From Pseudomonadota bacterium (GTDB lineage: Bacteria; Bdellovibrionota_C; UBA2361; OMII01): a DNA stretch of 64,000 nt. The translations under genes and the position numbers were made by a program. Positions within the stretch are counted from its first letter, which is position 1, and the number at the start of each line of letters is the position of its first letter. The notes beneath the pieces were generated by a model. That model searched no databases. It saw only the letters and a list, made by a program, of their open reading frames with translations, and was not told where the DNA came from. The DNA lies in NCBI GenBank assembly GCA_038134595.1, contig JAYPVM010000001.1, positions 64,001-128,000 on the forward strand, read 5' to 3'. Below, piece by piece: positions 10,319 through 19,950 of the stretch.

Positions 10319-11287
10319 ATGCAATACCGTCGTCTCGGATCCGCTGGATTACAGGTAAGCGAGGTTTCATTTGGCTCCTGGGTTACATTTCAGACTCAAG
10401 TAGATCTCTCGCACGCCGTCAAGCTAATGGAAAGAGCATACAAATCGGGGATAAACTTTTTTGATAACGCGGAAAGCTATGCAGGTGGCGCGGCCGAAGA
10501 GATTATGGGGGCGGCTCTCAAAAAACTAAACTGGCGCCGAGCCTCGTATTGCGTATCCACTAAATTTTTCTGGGGTTTGAACGAAGGGCCAAACGAGAAG
10601 AATACACTTAACCGAAAGTATCTCATGCAGGCGATTGACGGATCGTTACAACGGTTTCAATTAGATTATATTGACCTAGTGTTCTGTCACAGGCCCGATC
10701 CACACACTCCCATCGAGGAAGTGGTTCGTGCGATGAGTGATATGATTACACAGGGTAAGGCTCTCTACTGGGGCACATCCGAGTGGAGCGCAGAGCAAAT
10801 CATGCAGGCATGGCAGACAGCTGATAAACATCACCTGCACAAGCCTCAAATGGAACAGCCCCAGTACAACATCTTTCATCGCACAAAAGTCGAGGAGGAA
10901 TTCATAAGCCTCTACGATGAAATCGGCCTTGGTCTTACCACATGGAGCCCCCTTGCCTCGGGCCTCCTTAGCGGGAAATACGCCGAATCTATCCCCGACG
11001 GCAGTCGAGCATCGTTACAAGGCTATGAATGGCTTCAAACTCGCTGGACACCACATCAACGCGAAGTTGTCGTCCCACGCTTGTGTAAAATCGCCAGAGA
11101 GCTTGACTGCTCTCCTGCACAGCTTGCAATCGCATGGTGCTTAAAAAACAAAAACGTTAGCACTGTAATCCTGGGTGCAAGTTCATTAGCGCAATTAGAA
11201 GAGAATCTGGTCGCAAGCTCTGTAGCAGAGCGGTTAACTCAAGACATTCTCACCGAGATTTCTAAACTCAGTGAGACAACTGCCTAA
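10319..11287 (+). CDS. Aldo/keto reductase (Kv-beta-like subfamily)
   Basis: MQYRRLG..GLQVS, FDNAESY, STKFFWG, FCHRPD, WGTSEW, WSPLASG and ILGAS. Confidence 0.93.
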   Translation: MQYRRLGSAGLQVSEVSFGSWVTFQTQVDLSHAVKLMERAYKSGINFFDNAESYAGGAAEEIMGAALKKLNWRRASYCVSTKFFWGLNEGPNEKNTLNRKYLMQAIDGSLQRFQLDYIDLVFCHRPDPHTPIEEVVRAMSDMITQGKALYWGTSEWSAEQIMQAWQTADKHHLHKPQMEQPQYNIFHRTKVEEEFISLYDEIGLGLTTWSPLASGLLSGKYAESIPDGSRASLQGYEWLQTRWTPHQREVVVPRLCKIARELDCSPAQLAIAWCLKNKNVSTVILGASSLAQLEENLVASSVAERLTQDILTEISKLSETTA

Positions 11288-11438
11288 ACAAGACAAACAA
11301 AACGTGCGCTCCAATACTCTCTGCTCGAGGTATCAGGTGACTCATTCTAAATAGTTTGCTGCTTGACATAAATCGCAGAGCGTTCTCAACTAAACATCTC
11401 TCTGTATTAGGTAGAAATGTGAGCACCAGGAGGCAATT

Positions 11439-12869
11439 GTGTCCGAAATATTTGCAAGCTTCGATGCGTCAGTAGGAACCATTAACACAGTCATAGCATC
11501 GCTTATTTTTTACGACGTTCTCGGTCTACCACTGGCAGTTCTTTGGCTTATAGCTGGTGCGATCTTTTTCACAGTTCGAATGGGCTTTATCAATATTCGG
11601 GGATTCCGACACGGCGTCCAAATCATCTCGGGAAAATACGACAAAGAAGAATCGCAAGGGGATGTAACGCCTTTTCAGGCTCTAAGTTCTGCGCTCTCAG
11701 CTACAGTTGGTCTAGGTAATATTGCAGGAGTGGCCATCGCCGTTTCCATAGGTGGCCCAGGAGCAACATTCTGGATGATTACAGCGGGCCTTCTTGGAAT
11801 GAGCTCAAAGTTTACAGAATCAACTCTAGCGCAGATGTATCGAGAGATTCGTCCCGATGGACGAATAATGGGCGGTGCTATGGAATATCTATCACGTGGA
11901 TTTTCCGACATCGGATTGCCCCGCGTAGGCAAAATCCTCGCGGTGTTTTTCTGCCTCTTGTGTATCGGTGGTTCCTTTGGAGGAGGAGGAGCGTTTCAGG
12001 TCAATCAATCCCTTAAAGCGGTGCAGGAAACGCTTCCCTTCTTCGGAAACAATCCTGCCCTCTACGGTGGACTCATGGCGCTTGCTACAGCAACGGTAAT
12101 TATCGGTGGCATCAAGCGAATCGCACATACCGCAGAGATTATTGTTCCATTTATGTGCGGTATCTATCTTACAGCCTGTTTGTATATTATCGGGACAAAC
12201 ATCTCTCTGGTGCCAGAGGCACTGCTTACAATCGTTTCACAGGCTTTCGCACCCGACGCTGCATATGGAGGGCTCCTTGGCGTACTCGTACAGGGTTTCC
12301 GCCGAGCTGCTTTTTCAAACGAGGCAGGAATCGGCTCGGCTGCGATAGCTCACTCTGCCTCTAAAACTAAATACCCAATCAGAGAAGGGCTCGTGTCGCT
12401 TCTTGAACCATTTATCGACACAGTTGTCATATGCACAATGACGGCGCTCGTAATTATCATAACTGGAGCTTACAACAATCCTGAGTATCAACCCCTAATA
12501 ACCGCCAATAACGGGGCCGGACTAACCTCAAAAGCTTTTGGCGAGCAGATCTCTTGGTTTCCCCACGTGTTAAGTCTCTCGGTGGCTCTTTTTGCATATT
12601 CAACGATGATTTCGTGGTCGTATTATGGCGAACGATGTTGGACATATCTTTTTGGAGAAAGCTTCTCACTTATCTACAAGATTATGTTCATCGCTATCAT
12701 CTTTATGAGCGCATCGGCATCAGCACGAAACATCCTCGACTTTAGCGATCTAATGATTCTCTCCATGGCATTTCCAAATATGCTAGGCTTGGTTTTCTTA
12801 TCTGGAAAGGTCCGACGTCATCTATCAGAGTACTGGTCCCGCTATAAGCGCGGCGACTTTGCACACTAA
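11439..12869 (+). CDS. Alanine/glycine:cation symporter (AGCS family)
   Basis: GLGNIAGVA, GGPGA.FWM, FSNEAGIGS and EPFIDT; AGGAGG RBS before the GTG start. Confidence 0.95.
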   Translation: MSEIFASFDASVGTINTVIASLIFYDVLGLPLAVLWLIAGAIFFTVRMGFINIRGFRHGVQIISGKYDKEESQGDVTPFQALSSALSATVGLGNIAGVAIAVSIGGPGATFWMITAGLLGMSSKFTESTLAQMYREIRPDGRIMGGAMEYLSRGFSDIGLPRVGKILAVFFCLLCIGGSFGGGGAFQVNQSLKAVQETLPFFGNNPALYGGLMALATATVIIGGIKRIAHTAEIIVPFMCGIYLTACLYIIGTNISLVPEALLTIVSQAFAPDAAYGGLLGVLVQGFRRAAFSNEAGIGSAAIAHSASKTKYPIREGLVSLLEPFIDTVVICTMTALVIIITGAYNNPEYQPLITANNGAGLTSKAFGEQISWFPHVLSLSVALFAYSTMISWSYYGERCWTYLFGESFSLIYKIMFIAIIFMSASASARNILDFSDLMILSMAFPNMLGLVFLSGKVRRHLSEYWSRYKRGDFAH

Positions 12870-13079
12870 ACATTTGCTACGACTAGAAACCTCCTCGCTA
12901 TTAGAACTAAAAGACACATAGTATTTGACAGCCCCGTACCTCCTCCCGCAGACTTAGATATAAGAGAAGACATTACTTGGCTATCACAGCGGCGACTTGC
13001 CTTCGAATAAGAAGGTGCGCCTCTTTGCGGGTCTTAGGTAGTAGCTTTTCGTATATCAATCTCAGTCGACACCTGTAGC

Positions 13080-14147
13080 ATGGACAAACTCTACTCCTTT
13101 GGAGATCCCATCGATAGCTGTTACGTCCTAGAGAACTCTAGCTTTAGCTTTCAATGCAAAGACACCCCGAGCTATACTCTTTCTGCGCCACGAAGCTATC
13201 TCGGAACATTCGAGCTTCTGCTCGCTGAATCAGGCGCCTCCCGTGATACACGAATAAGTGAAGTCTCAATTGACACAACCTCTAAGTGCGCCCCTATCAG
13301 CAACAACTTCACTCTTAAGCTACTAGAAGATTCCGATGAGGGAATGGCAATTAACAAGACGCTCGCACAGTTATTAGAACAAACCAACAAAACCCTCCGA
13401 GACTTACATCGTGGACTACCTCATGAATGGAATTCATGTCAAAGAAAAACAAAATTATTCTTCGAGCTCACAAACTCTCTATCTCTGCTTTCTAACGAAC
13501 TCGGCATCGGTCATCTCATCTCTCTTGCTAGAGACTATACTCAAACAGACACCTACCACGTCGGCAAACTCGTGGAGCCCGTGCGGATGGTGAGTAGCAT
13601 ATCCGCTACCAGAGCGATTGAGACGGGTACAATTCGATTTGAATCTGAGCAGGTGTTCTGTCACTGTGGGCACGATGCAGACAGTATGTACTTTTTACTT
13701 GAGGGAAAAATCTTCGTTAGCTCCTCGGAGCATACTATCGCCTCTATCGATACTCCAGGAGAGTGCTTTGGCGAACTTGCTTTCTTCCTCGACGGAACTC
13801 GCACAGCCGACCTTGTCGCAACTGCCCGATCGGCTATTCTTCGCGTGACAAAAGAGTCACTGCCAGCCTTCCTAGCTGATCATCCCGACATGCTTCTACA
13901 TATCGGCAAAACATTAGCAAAACGTCTCGAACAAAACACACAGAAGATCGCCCTCTACTCTAAACTGTCCTCTCCAGAGACTCCTGGATCAATCGACAAA
14001 TGTCACAATGACGCTCAGAGTGCACTTGCAAACCTACTCAATGACTTGCGAAAAGTTATTCGGATCTCATTTAACGATCGCCTGATGAATTTTATCCGCG
14101 AAGCAACGGTAAAAATAAAAGCCATCACAGAGCCTCCTACCCTTTAA
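13080..14147 (+). CDS. Cyclic-nucleotide-binding domain protein
   Basis: DSMYFLLEG...GECFGELAFFLDGTRTADLVA phosphate-binding cassette; degenerate similar segment at the N-terminus. Confidence 0.8.
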   Translation: MDKLYSFGDPIDSCYVLENSSFSFQCKDTPSYTLSAPRSYLGTFELLLAESGASRDTRISEVSIDTTSKCAPISNNFTLKLLEDSDEGMAINKTLAQLLEQTNKTLRDLHRGLPHEWNSCQRKTKLFFELTNSLSLLSNELGIGHLISLARDYTQTDTYHVGKLVEPVRMVSSISATRAIETGTIRFESEQVFCHCGHDADSMYFLLEGKIFVSSSEHTIASIDTPGECFGELAFFLDGTRTADLVATARSAILRVTKESLPAFLADHPDMLLHIGKTLAKRLEQNTQKIALYSKLSSPETPGSIDKCHNDAQSALANLLNDLRKVIRISFNDRLMNFIREATVKIKAITEPPTL

Positions 14148-14180
14148 AACATATTTATTTTTAACATCTTACCGATAGCG

Positions 14181-14215
14181 GTGACAAAGATACCAAAAGA
14201 CATCTCTGTCATTTT
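14181..14215 (+). terminator. Possible intrinsic terminator
   Basis: GTGACAAAGAT...ATCTCTGTCAT imperfect stem followed by Ts, downstream of the cNMP gene. Confidence 0.4.
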
Positions 14216-14304
14216 CAACAACTCTCATTCTTTTTTTTTTACTAAGAGATCTAATTGTCGTAGGGTTTCTCTGCCAGCGTTTAGCTCTTTAATGGTGTAG
14301 CCAC

Positions 14305-15150
14305 ATGATAGACAGATCCGACTCCCGCAAATCCAAGATCGATTCCCCTGAAGAATTAACTCTACCTGCTATCCCTAAAAGAAAGCGAAATCTATACGAG
14401 CCGGGAATCTCTACCGACTATCGCCTCAGTCGATCAAAGATTGATCTTTTTATGTCGTGCTCCCGGTGCTTTTACCTTGACCGCCGATTAGGTATCTCTG
14501 CGCCACCCCCCTATCCTATTACACTTGCAACCGCAGTCGATGAGTTGATGAAAAAAGAATACGATGCTTATCGAAGTGAAAACCAGCCTCACCCCCTCAT
14601 GAAAGAGGCGGGTGTTGCCGCAATCCCCTATTCCCATCCCGACCTAGATGCATGGAGGGACTCATTACGAAGAGGAATATCATACAAGGTCCCAAACACT
14701 CCGCTCGTTATAACTGGCGGAATCGATGACGTATGGATCAATAATGACGGCAAACTCCATATCGTCGATTATAAATCAACCGCAAAACAGGGTGAGGTTT
14801 CTATCGATGCAGATTGGCAAATAGGCTACAAACGACAACTTGAAATCTATCAGTGGCTCTTTAGAAAAAACGGGTTTGAGGTTTCGGACGTGGCATACTT
14901 TGTGTACGTCAATGGAGACAAAAACCGGCCCGCCTTCAACGATACTATGCACTTCTCATCTAAAATAATTCCCTACGAAGGAAATGCCTCGTGGGTTGAT
15001 GCTACAATTGAAAATATCCTTGAAACACTCAACTCACCTGAGTTGCCAGCAAGTAATCCCTTATGTACACACTGTGCGTATAGAATGCATGCGGCAAGCG
15101 TTGAGGATTGGGGAGCACGCGAAGCTAAGACAACACCTACGCAATCATAA
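14305..15150 (+). CDS. PD-(D/E)XK nuclease, RecB/AddB/Cas4-like fold
   Basis: LSRSKID...CSRCFY, GGIDD, IVDYKST, QLEIY and C-terminal CTHCAY. Confidence 0.85.
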   Translation: MIDRSDSRKSKIDSPEELTLPAIPKRKRNLYEPGISTDYRLSRSKIDLFMSCSRCFYLDRRLGISAPPPYPITLATAVDELMKKEYDAYRSENQPHPLMKEAGVAAIPYSHPDLDAWRDSLRRGISYKVPNTPLVITGGIDDVWINNDGKLHIVDYKSTAKQGEVSIDADWQIGYKRQLEIYQWLFRKNGFEVSDVAYFVYVNGDKNRPAFNDTMHFSSKIIPYEGNASWVDATIENILETLNSPELPASNPLCTHCAYRMHAASVEDWGAREAKTTPTQS

Positions 15151-15177
15151 AAAAGGGGAGAGACTGCGTCTCTCCCC
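15149..15177 (-). terminator. Intrinsic terminator
   Basis: Perfect 10-bp stem GGGGAGAGAC-TGC-GTCTCTCCCC (15155-15177) followed by T6 on the minus strand, between convergent genes. Confidence 0.85.
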
Positions 15178-15260
15178 ATCAAGCTCCGCCGGTACTTACA
15201 ACTTGAGACGGTGCTACTAATAGCTTCGTTAGTGGTTTGCTATACACATCCTATAAAACA

Positions 15261-15920
15261 TTAATCATCATCACCGTTATCGTCTCCATCATCGTCGCCG
15301 TCTCCATCATCATCGCCTGAGCCACTACACGACGAGGCTTTCTTTCTCTTGATTTTTTGAACGATGTTAGACGCGGGATCCTCATCATTAACGTATCCTT
15401 CAACCTCGACACATAAACCAGATGTCAGATCTGCCCGAGAAAACTCACCTAACTTGTAACGAAATACTGTACTGTCGGTAAGCACATACGTGGTTCCACC
15501 AATAACAAGCGACGGGTCTGAAAAGGATACAACCGTTCCCTCTCGCTCAAACTCATTTCCATCGATAATACCATCATCATCTGAGTCGCTATCGCCCTCT
15601 TTGTAATCCTCATCATCATCAATTCCATCGTCGTCTGAATCCGCATCACATTTATTTGATCCAGGCCTCGACTCCTCAATAATATCCGGAACCCCATCGC
15701 CATCTGAATCCTTCCCTCGCACCGATCTCTTTAATTTTTTGAGTTCAAGCTTAGAGAGTTTTCGCGCAAGCTTTGCAAGAACCTTCTGTTCTCTCTTTAT
15801 CTTCTTGAACTGAAGTTTTGCTGCCCGCACATCACTAGGTGAAGCAAATGTAGTGGTCGCGCCGACTACAAGACTAAAAGACAGTAAAATTGCCAAAAGT
15901 AGTAATTTACATCTATTCAT
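15261..15920 (-). CDS. Secreted protein with Asp-rich (DxDxDG) repeats and a DUF5666-like OB domain
   Basis: Signal peptide (AFA/S), DSDGDG/DSDDDG repeats, EGTVVS...DLTSGLCVEVEG and a D/G tail; AAGGAG RBS. Confidence 0.7.
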   Translation of the reverse strand: MNRCKLLLLAILLSFSLVVGATTTFASPSDVRAAKLQFKKIKREQKVLAKLARKLSKLELKKLKRSVRGKDSDGDGVPDIIEESRPGSNKCDADSDDDGIDDDEDYKEGDSDSDDDGIIDGNEFEREGTVVSFSDPSLVIGGTTYVLTDSTVFRYKLGEFSRADLTSGLCVEVEGYVNDEDPASNIVQKIKRKKASSCSGSGDDDGDGDDDGDDNGDDD

Positions 15921-16312
15921 CGATTCAACTCTCCTTTAGGCGCAGAAGCGCACCGTCGGTGATGGGCGCCAGTGCCCATAAGCTAACAATACTACCAAGA
16001 GAAAAAAGTTGCTCGCAACGTATTTGTCTATTTTCGCTAAAAATGGTGAATAGCACCAGCAAGGCGCCCCTGCCTTTGCTAGAGCAACGCTTGATAGCTA
16101 TGTAGTAACCTTAAAAAACTAGATTTCTTACAAAGCTAAAAGAGACGTCAGTATTTGTTTACTCAAGTTTTTTTGCAACGCGAAATCCAACGTGCTGACT
16201 CGCTAAATCAATCGGAGAGTGCGCCCGAATAACGGCACTCAAACGTGAAGGCGTGCCACTCCCAGATAACCGAGATCGCCCCACTTGTATCTACTTACCA
16301 CTCAGATTTGTT

Positions 16313-17698
16313 CTAATTTTCCCGAAGCGAATTCACCAGCCCCTCGCACACCTTCTTTGCATCTCCAAAGATAAGGGAGCAATTGTCCAGATAAAACAGA
16401 TCGTTATCCACCCCAGAATATCCAGGATTCATGGAACGCTTCACCACGTACACCATTTTTGATTTATAGGCGTCTAGAATAGGCATGCCGTAGAGGGGAC
16501 TGCCCTTATTCGTTCTCGCCGCGGGATTAACTACATCATTTGCACCAATTACCAGTACGGCATCAGCTCGTGAAAATTCAGGATTAATATCTTCAAGCTC
16601 AAGTACGTCATCATAGGGAATTTCCGATTCAGCAAGAAGTACGTTCATATGTCCTGGCATTCGTCCTGCAACAGGGTGGATCGCAAACTTAACCTCAACT
16701 CCCTTCCCACTCAATTCCTCATACAGGTCTTTTACGGCATGCTGTGCCTGCGAAACTGCCATCCCATATCCCGGCACAACGATTAGACTCGTTGCATTCT
16801 CGAACATAAACGCAGCATCCTCAGTGCTCGCAGCTTTGTATGACTTATTTGAATCCCCATCAGCGCTCACCTCCGTGGAAGCACCAAACCCTCCCAGGAT
16901 AACACTTACAAGCGAGCGATTCATCGCCTTACACATAATATATGAGAGAATAGCGCCACTAGATCCAACAAGTGCTCCAGTTGCAATAAGTAGTTGGTTG
17001 TTTAATGTAAAACCTGTTGCAGAGGCCGCCCAACCCGAATACGAATTGAGCATCGAAACAACTACCGGCATATCAGACCCGCCGATAGGTAGTACCAGCA
17101 AAAATCCCAGCAGAAGCGAAATAACTGTAACGGCGGCAAACAACGCAAACGTGTGCTCTCTTACAAACATCGCCGATAGCACCACGGTCGCCACGATAAG
17201 CAGCCCATTTAGAGTATGTTGCCCACGAAAAACCAAGGGTGCTGACTTAAGGAGCGCCTGAAGCTTTCCAAAAGCAATGAGAGATCCTGTAAAGGTAACA
17301 GCACCAATAGCACTTCCTACCACAAGTTCTATAAGAAGATGTGATTCGATTGCTCCCTCTCTAGCGTGAATCAAATACGTCCCACCAGCTACTAATACAG
17401 CGGCCAGCCCCACAAAGCTATGGAGCGCTGCGACCAACTGCGGCATCGAGGTCATCTGAATCTTTAACGCCACTGGAATTCCAATTAATGCGCCCAGAGC
17501 AAGGCCCGCAAAAATGATTGGATAATTGTGCACATCGGGGTGAAACAGAGTCACAACTATCGCAAGCGCCATCCCCGCCATTGAGAGGTTATTTCCTCGC
17601 AGTGCAGTTTTGGGGTGACTCAATCCCTTTAGACCAAAAATAAAAAGAATTATTGCAAAGAGATATGATAGGGCAAAAAAATCAGGGCTCATTGTCAT
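16313..17698 (-). CDS. pntB: NAD(P) transhydrogenase beta subunit
   Basis: MPQLVAALHS, LNSYSGWA, VPGYGMA, HPVAGRMPGHMNVLLAE and GANDVVNPAA. Confidence 0.98.
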   Translation of the reverse strand: MTMSPDFFALSYLFAIILFIFGLKGLSHPKTALRGNNLSMAGMALAIVVTLFHPDVHNYPIIFAGLALGALIGIPVALKIQMTSMPQLVAALHSFVGLAAVLVAGGTYLIHAREGAIESHLLIELVVGSAIGAVTFTGSLIAFGKLQALLKSAPLVFRGQHTLNGLLIVATVVLSAMFVREHTFALFAAVTVISLLLGFLLVLPIGGSDMPVVVSMLNSYSGWAASATGFTLNNQLLIATGALVGSSGAILSYIMCKAMNRSLVSVILGGFGASTEVSADGDSNKSYKAASTEDAAFMFENATSLIVVPGYGMAVSQAQHAVKDLYEELSGKGVEVKFAIHPVAGRMPGHMNVLLAESEIPYDDVLELEDINPEFSRADAVLVIGANDVVNPAARTNKGSPLYGMPILDAYKSKMVYVVKRSMNPGYSGVDNDLFYLDNCSLIFGDAKKVCEGLVNSLREN

Positions 17699-17710
17699 AG
17701 TTTTTCCTAT

Positions 17711-18001
17711 TTATGACTTTTTCTTAAACATCGCCAAAATACGATTTGTTACAACGAAACCTCCAAAGATATTTATCGAAGCTAGGGTCACGGCACTAAA
17801 TCCTATGACCTGAATCCATATCGAATCACCACTGTGAACGCTTCCCGCTACTAGGATAGCGCCGATTACTAAAATAGCACTGATGGCATTTGTTACTGCC
17901 ATTAAGGGAGTGTGTAGAGCGGGAGTCACTCCCCAGATGACGTGATACCCAACAAAACACGCCAAGGTAAAAACATAAATAGCAATCATTGTTGTTGTCA
18001 T
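17711..18001 (-). CDS. pntAB: NAD(P) transhydrogenase alpha subunit part 2
   Basis: [17 protein letters not shown] and [16 protein letters not shown]; start at ATG 18001, after the pntAA stop. Confidence 0.95.
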   Translation of the reverse strand: MTTTMIAIYVFTLACFVGYHVIWGVTPALHTPLMAVTNAISAILVIGAILVAGSVHSGDSIWIQVIGFSAVTLASINIFGGFVVTNRILAMFKKKS

Positions 18002-18008
18002 GAGATTT

Positions 18009-19142
18009 CTAGCTCCTTTTAGCTCGCAATTGTCCCTGATGAACGAGTAACGCCGCTGCAATGATGTCATCATCGAGGTCGACGATAAATTTTGTCTCCT
18101 CTCCTTCTTGACGTGCCACAAAAAGTTCTAAGAGAGAGACCAGATTTCTAGCAAAGAAACTACTCGAATCTGCCGCCATCATCGCAGGATAATTTGTGTG
18201 TCCGATAATTTTAACGCCATCGAACTCAACAATTTCATCAGCAACACTTAAAGGACAGTTTCCTCCACTTGGAGTTGCCATATCGACAATGACCGATCCA
18301 CGCTTCATGCCCCGCACTACTGCTTCTGTTACAAGGGTCGGAGCCTTCCTTCCAGGCACATTTGCAGTTGTAATAATCACATCACTCTTACAGAGCCGAT
18401 CGTCGAGAGCAGCTTGAAGTTTTTGCTTGGATTCATCAGACAGCTCTCGTGCGTATCCACCATCACCATTTCCTGATTCTCCAATATCAATATCAATAAA
18501 CTTTGCACCCAGCGATAACACCTGTTCACGCGTCTCCGGTCGCACATCGTATGCTTCAACCACCGCACCGAGTTTTTTCGCCGTGGCAATCGCCTGAAGG
18601 CCCGCCACACCTACGCCCAAAACAGTAAGCTTGGTTGCCTTTGCAGATCCTGCGGATGTCATCATCATCGGAAAAAATCTTCCATAATGATGCGTTGCCT
18701 CTAGCACAGCACGGTAACCAGCAATTCCAGCCTGAGATGAGAGGACATCCATTGATTGCGCACGGGACGTTCTTGGGATCGCTTCCAGAGCAAGAGCATC
18801 GATCTGTTTGTCCGCAAAGTGCTGTAGTAAAGAATCGTTTCGAAACGGTTCGAGTAACGAAACTAACATCGATCCACTCTGCAAGAGAGCAGCTTCTTCA
18901 GAGGTCGGCGGAGCTATTTTTGCAACTATGTTTGCAGCCCATGCGTCAGCCGCAGAGACAAGTGATGCACCAACCGAGCGATAATCATCATCGTGAAAAC
19001 CAGCATAAAATCCAGCACCCTCCTGTACGCAAATAGAATAACCCGCCTTAACCAGACGTTTGGCTGAATCTGGAGTAGCGGCTACCCGTGTTTCACCCGC
19101 TATGCTCTCCTTTGGAACACCAACTGTAATTCCTGTTGCCAT
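18009..19142 (-). CDS. pntAA: NAD(P) transhydrogenase alpha subunit part 1
   Basis: [28 protein letters not shown] and GGYARE. Confidence 0.97.
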   Translation of the reverse strand: MATGITVGVPKESIAGETRVAATPDSAKRLVKAGYSICVQEGAGFYAGFHDDDYRSVGASLVSAADAWAANIVAKIAPPTSEEAALLQSGSMLVSLLEPFRNDSLLQHFADKQIDALALEAIPRTSRAQSMDVLSSQAGIAGYRAVLEATHHYGRFFPMMMTSAGSAKATKLTVLGVGVAGLQAIATAKKLGAVVEAYDVRPETREQVLSLGAKFIDIDIGESGNGDGGYARELSDESKQKLQAALDDRLCKSDVIITTANVPGRKAPTLVTEAVVRGMKRGSVIVDMATPSGGNCPLSVADEIVEFDGVKIIGHTNYPAMMAADSSSFFARNLVSLLELFVARQEGEETKFIVDLDDDIIAAALLVHQGQLRAKRS

Positions 19143-19317
19143 AGATGCTTCATTCCCCCTGATAACGGCGCATTAGGCGCGCACTGTACAGAATATCTTC
19201 CCTTATTTTGAGATGTCGGACCGGTCAAAAAAGTTCTTAAGGACGTAATGGCCCATAGCGTATTTTTTGCTTCTTACGCTGCGCTAACTATCTGTATTTA
19301 TGTAAACTAGCTCGATT

Positions 19318-19950
19318 CTATCTACCGGAGAGATACAATTGATTTGACCGAATATAGTCTGCAACCGTGGAGGGAACGGCACGCGCTATATCTTCATTCC
19401 GCCTCCACATAGTCCGAATCTCTGAGCTAGAAATTTCGCTCCCATCGGCTCCAAGTGGCTCTGCCAAGGTCAAGCGCCATTGAGCGCCGATTTCAAAATC
19501 CGCACTCTCTCCCGGCCTTGGAATAACTATAAACCTTGCTTCTGTTTGCAGTTGCTCTTGTGATTTCCAGTGTGTCAGAGCTGAAACAAGTTCCGAGCCT
19601 ATTACAATGTAAACATCGGATTCCTGTATGTCATTAAAGTAGCGAACTAAATCAATCGTACCGTATCCGAGACGCCCCGATACATGAACATCCGAAACAG
19701 CGATCCGGCCGTCTTCTCCGAAACACTGTTGCACCCCGATTCTTGTCATAGCCAATCGATGTTCAGCTGAACCACATAGATCCTTATCCGGTCTTGTTCC
19801 ACTAGGAACGACAATCACACTACCAAAACCAATCGTATCGACGAGATGCTTAATGACGCTGGCATGCCCCAAATGAAACGGGTCGAATGCACCACCGTAC
19901 ACCGCAATAGAGTTACTATAGTCTTCTCCTACTGGTCCCTTCACTGTCAT
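19318..19950 (-). CDS. nadD: Nicotinate-nucleotide adenylyltransferase
   Basis: YGGAFDPFHLGH, ISSSEIR and YIRSNQLY; ATGA overlap with nadE. Confidence 0.93.
   Translation of the reverse strand: MTVKGPVGEDYSNSIAVYGGAFDPFHLGHASVIKHLVDTIGFGSVIVVPSGTRPDKDLCGSAEHRLAMTRIGVQQCFGEDGRIAVSDVHVSGRLGYGTIDLVRYFNDIQESDVYIVIGSELVSALTHWKSQEQLQTEARFIVIPRPGESADFEIGAQWRLTLAEPLGADGSEISSSEIRTMWRRNEDIARAVPSTVADYIRSNQLYLSGR

Noticed and set aside
11288..11438. Glycine riboswitch upstream of the AGCS symporter
   Set aside because: The conserved GGAGA..CCGAAG..CTCAGG aptamer elements are absent.
12925..13035. Riboswitch before the cNMP gene (GCCTTC/GAAGGT and CCCGCA/TGCGGG stems)
   Set aside because: No known consensus, and a TTGACA at 12925 suggests the outer stem's 5' arm lies within the promoter.
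14305..15150. Cas4 / CRISPR locus
   Set aside because: No cas1/cas2 and no repeat-spacer array seen anywhere in the window.
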